In this document: piece by piece, positions 52,037 to 64,000 of the stretch
How positions within the stretch are numbered: position 1 is the stretch's first letter
Layout of the letters: each line of letters opens with the position of its first letter
Assembly (NCBI RefSeq): GCF_006345805.1
Contig: NC_042999.1
Span: forward strand, 6,634,001-6,698,000
DNA from: Octopus sinensis
Lineage: Eukaryota
Direction: 5' to 3'
DNA: 64,000 nucleotides
Made by a program: the position numbers and the translations under genes
The notes under the pieces: model-generated
Seen by the model: the letters and a program-made list of their open reading frames with translations, nothing else
Told to the model about the DNA's origin: nothing
Database searches by the model: none

Positions 52037-52267
52037 TTTCATTACTACCCACAAGGGGCTAAACACAGCGGGGACAAACAAAGACAGACAAACGGATTAA
52101 GTTGATTATATCGACCCCAGTGCGTAACTGGTACTTAATTTATCGACCCCGAAAGGATGAAAGGCAAAGTCGACCTCGGCGGAATTTGAACTCAGAACGT
52201 AACGGCAGACGAAATACGGCTACGCATTTGGCCCGGCGTGCTAACGTTTCTGCCAGCTCGCCGCCTT
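52037..52267 (-). mobile_element. SINE family B monomer
   Basis: Full head to tail. Confidence 0.9.
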
Positions 52268-53109
52268 TTTCCACTTTAATATACATCATTCCCAGACCTG
52301 ACGCTTTCAAAAAGTCGTGTAAATATTCCATGTCTATGAAGAAAATAACACGTGATGTATAAAAAAAAATCATATTACCTCAAGCACGTTTACTAAGATC
52401 CAGGAAGCAATATTATTGTAAAAACGAAACACACATCAAACACACTAAAATGCAGATTTATTTGCTTTTTTTATTGATAAACCCTTCCCGTTTCAAAGAA
52501 CATAATACTGGCATTTAGTTCTGATCTTATTTGTAACTAGCTTCTCCAGCAAAGTTTGGATTTTTGTGTTTTTCTTCAATTTCTGATCAATATCTGAAGG
52601 CCCATAGGGTAATCACTATAGTCAATCAACTATTATTCAATGATTCGAAAAAGTCAGGAATTCAGATTATTTTTTTCTTCTAACGTTGCCTGCCTTGGGC
52701 TAAATATAATGCAACTTCTAAATGAAACGTGATTTTAGTCGTAGAGTTTGATGGAATTCTCTAAAATCTGTATGAATGTTTATGAAAAACAAGTCACTTT
52801 TACTGAATGTTACTCGTCAAAAGAAACAAAAATACAGCTGATAAAATATATATGCATCTCTCTTAATAAAATGGCACCATCGTTTTCCTGGTCCATAATG
52901 AATCGGTGCATTGGTTCGAGAATAGTAAATTGCTCAGTTAAAGAACTCGCTTCATGATTCATTTTTCTTGGGGACTCAACTCATGAGAGGCTCGTAGGGT
53001 GAGTGGCATGACACACGGTGTGTCTTAGGTATTTTAAACCTGGCGGACTCCACCCCAGTCTGTCGATTTTTCCAGAAAGAAAATGAAAGAGAGAAAGAGA
53101 GAGAGAATA

Positions 53110-53215
53110 ATAATTGCCGTCCCCAGTACGGCACGGGTACTTTATCGACCCTGACAAGACGAAAGGCAAAACTGAGCTTGGCGGAACTCAGAGTGCAGAC
53201 AGCCGGAACAAATGT
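53110..53215 (-). mobile_element. SINE family B fragment, old
   Basis: gggtactttatcgaccctgacaagacgaaaggcaaaactgagcttggcggaactcagag. Confidence 0.6.
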
Positions 53216-56120
53216 CGTATGTAATTTTATCCCATTCCCTAACGGCTGTGCTACTTCACTAACCTTATTGATCAATATAATGAGATAGGAAGTAGTCATT
53301 ACTGAGATAGCATTTCATACATTTTCACACACAACTCCCCCAAAACATCGTCCATTATTTATCTTTCATCATCAGAACTATGGCAAGAGATGGGCAAAAA
53401 CCTCAAGATGGTCTCACTGGAGCTGTTTAAAAAAACTGTAATAGAGACGAATTATAATGCGGGACTAAGATAACGTATGGTTGATTTGCAATGCTCTTCA
53501 GGCATAAATATCATAACCTCACATTCAACGCTCTAATCTTATAGTTTTCTCTATGCGTAGACAACTAAAATAAACATCATATTTAAACTAACACAGGTAA
53601 CTTTTAGCAATGCAATGCTGAAATTCCCTAACAATATAATGCGGAAATGCCCCAACAAAACGACGAAGCAAGTAAATAAAGAAATTTAGGATCGAGAGTA
53701 GTCAAGAAATATTGGTTTCTAAAGATTTATAGATTAAGGATGGCGAAGTTTTATAACAGACAGGCGTTTCTCATGAGTATTACTGGCTTTATCCAGAAAT
53801 TAAAATTAATTCGCAGACCCGATTCTTGAGATTATTTCTCGTTCTACAATTGAAATAAAATTTATCTCTTTGGTCGAGCTTTGAATGTACACGGCAGGAA
53901 AACTTTTACCAGAGTGGAAATGAGATGCAGTTGTAAATTCAAGCACATTAATGGTAGCGGTAAAGCGAAAGGGGGGGGGGAAGGGTTCAATTTGCAGTAA
54001 TATTACATCCCACTCATCAGTACTCTCAACATTTTTCAAGAAACATTGATTTCTTTGAAATAAGAAACAAAAATTTTAGCTGGGAAAGGAAAACTATCTT
54101 GTGAAGAAACAGTTTCCAATGTCCCGTTTATAAATTGGTGTATTATAATCATTACTATTAAAAAATAATTGTAAACATTCTTGACTATGGTCTGTGATTT
54201 GAGGGAGTCAACGAATTTACTAATTTTAAGGTTATCTCTATAGTTATTCTATAAAATTCAGAGCCAACTCTATAAGTTGTAACGTTTCGTAAACAAACAC
54301 GTCTACGTAAACAATGCGATCGAAGACAGAAAAATAGGTAAAAGGTGTATATGCATATTTCGAGGATTATTGTCCTCACATCAGTACCTCATCCTTCATC
54401 CTATCCATCATCTCTCAACAAAAATATTGTTTAAATACCTACTTGTTTAATCGGATAGACCAATTTGCATGTTAAACATATTGCTGGCAAAGATATTCAT
54501 ATTTAATTCCTGACAAAGCAACTGTATTTCGTTTTATTACCATAATACGCTATCAAATATATTATAGGTTTAAGTCAATACTTAAAACACCGTTAAGACA
54601 CGGTAGAAAACAGTATTGATTTAATAAACTATATCTTTAATAGTGTATTATGGTCATAAAACGAAATACTGTTGCCTTGCCAGCAATTAAACGTTTACTA
54701 ATATATTATTAAACTTGTAATTAACAAAGTTAAAACCAAAATAAATTAAAAAAGTGAACAGCAAACTCAGAATGAAAGCAAAAGATGGAAGCAGGAAATA
54801 TTAAGTATAATTTTAAGTCTTGGAAAAAGGAGTTTCGTGGTATTGGGTGGGAGGGTGGCAGTGAAAAGCAATTTTAAAAACCTAAGATTAATTATAAAGT
54901 AAATACAGATTTTAATTTCATGAAAACTTTTATTGTTATTTTAAAAGTTATCTTTGTCAGTTTAAATATGGTGTTTATTTTAGTTGACTACACATAGAGA
55001 AAAGTTTAAGATTTGAGCATTGAATGTGAGGTTGTGATGTTTATGCCTTTCTGAAGAGCATTGCAAATCAACTATACGTTATCTTAGTGTAAAATATTTG
55101 CCGAAGAGATGACGAACATTAAGGAAGTAACGTAGTTTTAATAGGGAAAAAGAGACGACGACAAAGAACAAGGAAAAGAAATTGTGTTGGGATTTTGAAT
55201 GTGGTAACTGTACAGATTAGATTTAAAAATTGCGAAGGTCGCTCTAGATTATTAATAAGATCAGTCTCGGTGAAATAATCAGTTGCATTCGAAAATGATA
55301 TTCTACAACGAAATAATCTTTGAAAGTAGCAGGAAAAAAAAAAAAAAAAAATGGAGTGGCAAATGGTTGTTTTGGTGGATGAGAAGTTGTAGTTAAAAGA
55401 CAAATGAACACGGAAGAATGGTTATGGAATGGTAAAAATGGATATTCAGTCGTATTACTATGTAACCGAAATCTTCTGTATTTGGCTGAGGAACTGAATA
55501 CTCAGCTGTGTTTCTATACCATAGAAATTCTGTTGTAATTGTATATGTGATCTTTAAAACGTACCAATCGATCTTAATGATTTTAATGCGATAGAAGAGG
55601 CCCTGGGTGAATCTGCATTGAACTTTAATATCCAGTTTACAATCAACATACAACATAAAAAACCCCCCTGAGATATTAACACAGAAACGATAACAATAAC
55701 ACCAAATACTTTTCACTGAAGCTGGTAACAGGAACTTCAATACTAATATTTTTATCGTATGCTTCACATACAAATAAATTTTGTTTAACCGAAGCCCAAC
55801 AAATTCTTACTGCATTTTCTTTGTAGATCGTGAAGTCGGCAGACGTGCGTGGTTCTTGTATTAGAGGACATCTCAACAGAGGATTTATCATTTGTGATTC
55901 TGTACCAAACGAGCTCTCGTGAAAGCGGTGTATCTTAAGTTTAGGTAATACGACTCAGTCACTTCTGCTTCTCAGCCACCGAATACTTATCCCACTTAGT
56001 TTAACCTATATCCACACCAGATTCTAGCTGCTCATTTTCCAACATTTCCAGTATTATTTAAGAGGAAATGCTGATGTGTTTTTTCTTCCCAATTAACGGA
56101 CAAAATTTCGAAATACATTC

Positions 56121-56317
56121 CGACAAAGTGATAGTATGTTGTCAACTTAATGTGACAGTGCCATGAAAGGGAAGAATGCTACTGTTATTTAGCCTTGGGA
56201 AACACCGTATCCTGTTGGACTTGACACATTTCCTGTGTCCTAGGGCTAAATAACAGTAGCATTCTTCCCTTTCATGGGACTGTCACATTAAGTTGACAAC
56301 ATGCTATCACTTTATCG
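56121..56317. mobile_element. MITE-like hairpin (~83-bp inverted arms, ~30-bp spacer)
   Basis: cgacaaagtgatagtatgttgtcaacttaatgtgacag..gaaacac is mirrored by gtgtcc..ctgtcacattaagttgacaacatgctatcactttatcg. Related modules occur at 29770-29840 and 30090-30160. Confidence 0.7.
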
Positions 56318-57308
56318 TGCTGCTGCTGCATAAATCTCTCTCAGAGATTTAGAAATGTATTATTTCTATTATACATTCCGACGTTAATAATTTTGTTAAG
56401 CGCGCGTTTAATTTGTGTTGCTATGAAAAAAGACCTAGTACGGTCATATAAGTTGTTATTCACACATAACCACCATATGTCAAACCAGGTGAACGTCTAT
56501 CGAACGGTGAAAATATAGAAGAAAAAAAGTAGATTGCATGTTGAAAACGAGTGAAAGTTTCCTTATTTCTTTGATGAAACAAATAACAAACATGTTTGGA
56601 TATCTGGTAGAATTCTTTTGAAGAAAATGTCTGCAAGTTTATTGATCGAAGCGGAAGTGGAAGATCTGAGAGTTTCTGGCTTTTGAAAAATAATTCAATA
56701 ACCAATGATATAAAATATTTTTTTCAATGGTATATAGAGTTATATAAAAATGTAATATAAACTAGAGGCGTTGTAACATGTATTTAAATATAAACTTTAG
56801 CATGAATATATATAAATAGACATTCAAATTATATATACTACATACGCACATGGGCATTCATGCTGCTGCATGTTTATGAAATTATATACGTAATTATCTT
56901 CTGCTTTATATATACATGCAGATACGCACACCTCCATCCCCCACGCCAACAGGCACAGGCTATCGGCTATCGGATATGACTATAAATCGTCGGCGTATAT
57001 TTTACTGATCATATTTCCGAAAACCCGTAATATCCGAAGAATATAATTATTAACAAGGGGAGTCGATTGAGTAAATTGTTTTATTACATACATTTACAAT
57101 TGTTTCATCAACGTCTGAACTCAAGTGTATTGCTATATTATATATATATATAATATATATATATATCACCGTGATCACCGTGACTGACCAGGCTATCAGA
57201 TGTTGTTACACATCGCTGGTCACAATGCGCTTCGCATTGTCTTAGCCTTCAAATGACGCCACCCCGCTGACTAAGCAAGCAGGCCATATATATATATATA
57301 TATATATA

Positions 57309-58912
57309 TTTTATTTTATAGAAGGAGCTTCTACAGGACTAGAACTGTTTCATTCAAAAGAAATCATCAGGAAGCTAGGTGACAAGAATAGTTTTGGCAT
57401 TTATACATTTAGGCAGGTTTAAAGGGGTGGTGGTGGAGGACTTTTTGGGGGTAGGCATGGCGCAAACTATCATTCCTAGGGGAGTGGTCAAAGGAATCAG
57501 TGATAAAGTAGATAAAAGAATAAATAGAATAATAGAGTTTTAGGTAAATAAGGAGACTCTCACTTATACACATATATACACATATATATACACATACACA
57601 CACCACACACATATATATATACACATACACATACATATATATATATATATATACACATATACATACACATACACACATACATCCATATACACATGTACAT
57701 ATGCACCCATTTACATACATCTACGTACACACCCATACCCATACTCATACATACACTCATATCTCTACACACACATATATAAAAATAAATATAAATATAA
57801 ATACAAATACAAATATATATATGTGTATATATATATGTGTGTGTATATATATAATATATATATGTGTGTACGCTTGTGTGTTTATGTATATGTAGGTATG
57901 TAGAATTATGTGTATGGTATGTATGTATGTATATATACATATGTGTAAATAGGTATATATGTGTATGTTTATATGTATGTATCCGTCTGTATAATGGGTA
58001 ACTGCATGTATATATATTTATTATTTATTATTTATTTGAGTATGCATGTATGTATATATGTATATGTTTGTATGCATGTATGTATTTATGTATATAAGGA
58101 TGCGCGCGTGTGTGTGTATGTGTATGCATATGTATAAACATATGTATACATTTATGCATGTATGTACTTATGTGTATATATAGATGCGCGTGTGTGTGTG
58201 TGTATGTGTATGCATGTGTGTATGTATATGTATGTGTATATATGTATATATATACATGTGTGTATATATATGTGTATGTGTATGTATGTGTATATGCATG
58301 TATGTATGTGTATGTGTGTACATGTATGGACTTGGGTTTCTTTTTTATATATGTAGATAGATGTGTGTGCGTGTATGTGCGTAGATATGCGTATGTGTAT
58401 TGGTATGTGCATGTGTATATATATGTGTATGTATATGTATAGATATATGGATGTATGTGTATGTAGGTATGTATATGACTTGGTGTAAGTATATATGTGT
58501 ATGTATATGTAGGTATGTGCGTGCGTATGTGGTTTTGTGTGTACATAGTTATGTGTACGTTTATGTGAAAGTCGGTATTACACTTATGTATGTATGAATA
58601 TAACACGTGCGTTTGTGTATGTGTATGAGTTTGCGTGTGTGTGTTGTGTGTGCGTGTGTGAGTCTTTGTGTTCGTATCAGTGTGAAGAAGAAGATAGAAA
58701 TGAAGGGAGAGGGGCCAATAAATGGTGTCTTTAGGCCGGCTAAGCTAGCTCCCTTGGGAGAGCTGGTCTGGTGGGTCGAGGTCAAAATAAAAATAAAGAT
58801 AAAGATAAAGATAAAATTAAAATTAGGGAAGAAACGTGTGTGTATGTGTGTGCATGTATATGCATATGTAAGTGTATGTATGTGTGTATGCATATATATA
58901 TATGTGTATATA

Positions 58913-58956
<44 letters not shown>

Positions 58957-59003
58957 ATATATAAGTGTGGGTATGTATGTGTGTATATGTTGTTATGGGT
59001 GTA

Positions 59004-59044
<41 letters not shown>

Positions 59045-59231
59045 TATATGAGGGGTGTATGGGGGTGTATATCCTCCTTTATATTTGTATTGTATTATAT
59101 TTATATTTATTTTTATATATATGTGTGTAGAGATATGAGTGTATGTATGAGTATGGGTATGGGTGTGTACGTAGATGTATGTAAATGGGTGCATATGTAC
59201 ATGTGTATATGGATGTATGTGTGTATGTGTA

Positions 59232-59274
<43 letters not shown>

Positions 59275-59577
59275 ATATATATATATATGTGTGTGTGTGT
59301 GTATGTGTATATATATGTGTATAAGTGAGAGTCTCCTTATTTACCTAAAACTCTATTATTCTATTTATTCTTTTATCTACTTTATCACTGATTCCTTTGA
59401 CCACTCCCCTAGGAATGATAGTTTGCGCCATGCCTACCCCCAAAAGTCCCCCACCACCACCCCTTTAAACCTGCCTAAATGTATAAATGCCAAAGCTATT
59501 CTTGTCACCTAGCTTCCTGATGATTTCTTTTGAATGAAGCAGTTCTAGTCCTGTAGAAGCTCCTTCTATAAAATAAA
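57309..59577. mobile_element. Fold-back element with ~500-bp inverted arms, probably a PLE pseudo-LTR remnant
   Basis: 57309-57815 is the reverse complement of 59080-59577. Each arm, read outward, has tgtataaatg, then CTGATGA..GAA(A/G)CAGTT, then aataaa. Confidence 0.65.
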
Positions 59578-60414
59578 TTAATTTACTCTGCTATGTATTG
59601 AGTACCTTATTTACTGTGGTTAACCCCGACTCAACCCGGGACCTACATATATATATATATATATATATAACTATAGACACAAGGTGCATCATTACATCGG
59701 TACAATTGAATACCAGCTCATCAGAATCCTGTATACAAGACATTTGCAACAGAAAACTGATATTATCACGAATTTATACCTATACCAGTAGGTATGTTTA
59801 CACATTACATGTACAATAATAAGTACAGAATAAACCACACTTTAAATCCTCCAGTTAATACACATGATGAGGAAAAGAGGAAAGGATAAACACAAAGTAA
59901 TAGAATAAGTCAACAGATAATATTTTTTGTTTCCACAAAATGTATAATTCATATGGTTTGGTAATTGTTTAATGCCTTTTTAAAATTATTCTTTCACACG
60001 ACAGACTTCTACAGACATAGCTTTTGTTGGTCTGTAAGATGTGAAGGCAGCCACTACTCAGTCCAGCGGTCACTGTCGCACACGCACATAGACGACGAGA
60101 TATATACTGATGCGGAAGACAGATAAAAATGATGAAGTAATTAATGTGCTAATTAGCGCGCGTCACAAACTAAAGAGAAGAAAAAAGTACTAAAAGGAAT
60201 TTCTAAGCAGATTGACTTGAATCATAATTCACGTGAATTATAATTCGTGAATTACAATTCGTGAATTATAATTTACTACATATACAATCCATGAAAATAA
60301 CAGTGAAAAAATTTGAGAAATGAAAATATAAACTGAAAAAGAAAAAAATTATAATTCTCCATTCCTGCATTCCTGAAAATTGGCAGTAAGATTATCAAAA
60401 TCAGGATAATCCCT

Positions 60415-60822
60415 CAGGAGTGGCTGTGTGGTAAGTACCTTGCTAACCAACCACATGGTTCCGGGTTCAGTCCCACTGCGTAGCATCTTGGGCAAGTGTC
60501 TTCTGCTATAGCCCCGGGCCGACCAATGCCTTGTGAGTGGATTTGGTAGACGGAAACTGAAAGAAGCCTGTCGTATATATGTATATATATATGTATGTGT
60601 GTATATGTTTGTGTGTCTGTGTTTGTCCCCCTAGCATTGCTTGACAACCGATGCTGGTGTGTTTACGTCCCCGTCACTTAGCGGTTCGGCAAAAGAGACC
60701 GATAGAATAAGTACTGGGCTTACAAAGAATAAGTCCCGGGGTCGATTTGCTCGACTAAAGGCGGTGCTCCAGCATGGCCGCAGTCAAATGACTGAAACAA
60801 GTAAAAGAAAAGAAAAAAAAGA
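60415..60822 (+). mobile_element. SINE family A flanked by a ~130-bp direct duplication
   Basis: Nearly full-length copy; flanks 60286-60416 and 60824-60953 are duplicated. Confidence 0.9.
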
Positions 60823-61059
60823 TAATCCATGAAAATAACAGTGAAAAAATCTGAGAAATAAAAATATAAACTGAAAAAGAAAAAATTATAATTCTCCATT
60901 CCTGCATTCCTGAAAATTGGCAGTAAGATTATCAAAACCAGGATAATCCCTCATAAATCAATTAACTGTATCACACAAATACATACGTGCATGCATACAT
61001 ACACACATACATACATACATACACACATACATACATACATACATACATATATACATACA

Positions 61060-61790
61060 TACATACATACATGTTAACATAAAGCTGAACATTAGTGAAA
61101 AAGAGCTATTGAGGAATCTGCAGTTCCTCTATACAGATTACAAGTTCAGGTTTATACTGTAATTATTGAAAAGAGAGAAAGCTAATTCGAAGACTACAGA
61201 TACGTTCATCATTGGAACTGTAAAAATCTGTAAAACTTTCCAGAAGTTTATCATTTAAATATATATATGAGCATGTCTAGATATGCAACTATATGAATGA
61301 GAAGACATACATAAAACAAAACATACAAATCTGCACATATACATACATACATACATACATGTTAACATAAGCTGAACATTAGTGAAAAAGAGCTATTGAG
61401 GAATCTGCAGTTCCTCTATACAGATTACAAGTTCAGGTTTATACCTGTAATTATTGAAAAGAGAAAGCTAATTCGAAGACTACAGATACCGTTCATCATT
61501 GGAACTGTAAAAATCTGTAAAACTTTCCAGAAGTTTATCATTTAAATATATATGAGCATGTCTAGATATGCAACTATATGAATGAGAAGACATACATAAA
61601 ACAAAACATACAAATCTGCACATATACATACATACATACATACATGCATACATACATGCATACATACACACAAAACTACCCTCTTCTTGATGCTGAAATT
61701 CCAATGAAAGAGCCTTGGATCTAGGTTAGAAACCATTTCTTCCTCTATTGAAAAGAAATCTTGAAATAAAGCTGAATAACGACAGGCACA
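61060..61790. repeat. Reverse copy of the 27.3-28.0 kb repeat with a ~290-bp tandem duplication
   Basis: 61060-61350 and 61350-61640 are near identical. Confidence 0.7.
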
Positions 61791-62065
61791 ACCTCCACCA
61801 TATATATAGTGAAAATTATAATCAAATTCGGGCATAAACGTTGTAGGATGCTGTGTAAAGCACGTTCACAGTTGTTGGCTACCTGATGTCAGCATCAGTA
61901 GTGATGCATATGCTACTGGATTCCCTTCAGGAATTCCAGAGGAGGTGCAATCTGCACCATTGATTAACAGCATCTCATCTGTGAGGTACAGATGCAGGAT
62001 GCATCGAAAAATTTGTAGTGGCTTTGTATAAAGAATCTCGTGAATTCCATTTTCTGTTTCTTATC

Positions 62066-62814
<749 letters not shown>

Positions 62815-63714
62815 GTCTATCTATCTATTTATCTATCTATTTTGTGTGCGCATGCGTGCGCGCTTTGATTGATATCCGAATGTGAATGCTATGGTAGTAC
62901 TCGATAGCTTGCCATAGAGCTAATTAATATGTGTAGAATCAGATATATCTACACTTAAGATATTATTATCACGATTTCGCTTCCAGATAATTTAACGTTT
63001 CTTCGTTGACTTCAATACGCATCTATGTTCCCTTCATCATGGAATACTCTTTGATAACTTAAGATAACCACCAGGTGATGTATGATGATGTTCGTGTGTG
63101 ATAACTTTAAACGGAGTTTAATCTGTCGCACACCGCTTGTCCCAAGCAACATCTTTGCCTCTGGTTTATAACTGAGTACAGGAGTATTAGAGTACTAGAA
63201 TGTGTACTTGCTTTATTTTTCAAGTTTGGCTTTATAGAAGAAATTCAAGCTAACGAATTTTCTTATATGCCCATATTTTAGACGATGAAACATAGAGCTG
63301 GATAACTAAATGTCTTAATCATAGACATGCATCGATAACAGAATAATAATGACTAACTTTTGACCGTTACTCATTAGTCGACCGAATTTGCCAGCGTTCA
63401 CTCTCGGCCCTTTTTTAAATTGCTGTCGTAAAACTCGTCTTAATCAGCTCCCATTTCAGTGAGGAAGTGAGAAATATTTAATGTTTGCCAAAGGGACTCA
63501 TCTGTGCATATTTGATGGCGTATGGGCGGTGGATTATCCCTTTATCTTGTTCATTATCTTTTTAATTTTTTCCAATCCTGTGAACATAGAACGGAATATT
63601 TAATTAGGGAGCAGCCGCTACGATGCAACTCGAAATGAACTCCTGCACTTGTGTGTTAATAATTAACTCCGTTTCCATTAATGATGCCTACCAGTTATCT
63701 GATCAAACCAACTG

Positions 63715-63751
<37 letters not shown>

Positions 63752-63770
63752 ACACACACACATACACACA

Positions 63771-63819
<49 letters not shown>

Positions 63820-63866
63820 ACACATACACACACACACACACACCACACACACACACACACACACTC
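63715..63866. repeat. (CA)n microsatellite
   Basis: Direct. Confidence 0.95.
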
Positions 63867-64000
63867 CTGTGTAGATTAAGTATTTATCTGAATGATTCAT
63901 AAATCTTCACTCAACTAATCCGGCCTCTACCGACATGTTATTTCCCCACATATTGTACTTTCCTTTACTAAAACCTTTCTTACTTTTCTGAACTCTTTGG

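Noticed and set aside
55400-55700. Plus-strand peptides (IDLNDFNAIEEALGESAL..KKPPEILT) resembling a LINE EN-RT linker
   Set aside because: Similarity too weak and no flanking EN or RT motifs.
58680-58800. Possible GIY-YIG C-terminal remnant in the 57-59 kb spacer
   Set aside because: Only a vague RELA/GLKT resemblance with stops; not supportable by eye.
59700-59735. Minus-strand CTGATGAG followed by a ggta/tacc hairpin
   Set aside because: No GAAA or stem III downstream.

Overview
AT-rich, microsatellite-dense animal genomic DNA with one 100-N scaffold gap (40219-40318). The tRNA-derived SINE families and the (TA)n/(TATG)n/(CA)n load are typical of an Octopus genome; this is an inference from sequence style. 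I could not support any host protein-coding exon, real tRNA/rRNA gene or CRISPR array. Most ORFs in the track are microsatellite or SINE read-throughs. The window is almost all mobile DNA: three abundant SINE groups (called A, B, C here), non-autonomous Helitrons, two RTE-clade LINE 3' fragments, and Penelope-like elements (PLEs), including a frameshifted RT + GIY-YIG copy at about 42.4-45.7 kb. Two signals stand out. First, fold-back PLE termini repeatedly carry outward-facing minimal type I hammerhead ribozymes whose 3:8 core pair covaries as C:G, U:A and A:U within this one window; one hammerhead is fused to a tRNA-like Pol III head. Second, SINE-B dimers and trimers have a fixed tail-to-internal junction and are each bracketed by a single target-site duplication (TSD), suggesting serial RT template jumping. 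All folds and alignments were done by eye, and no database searches were run.
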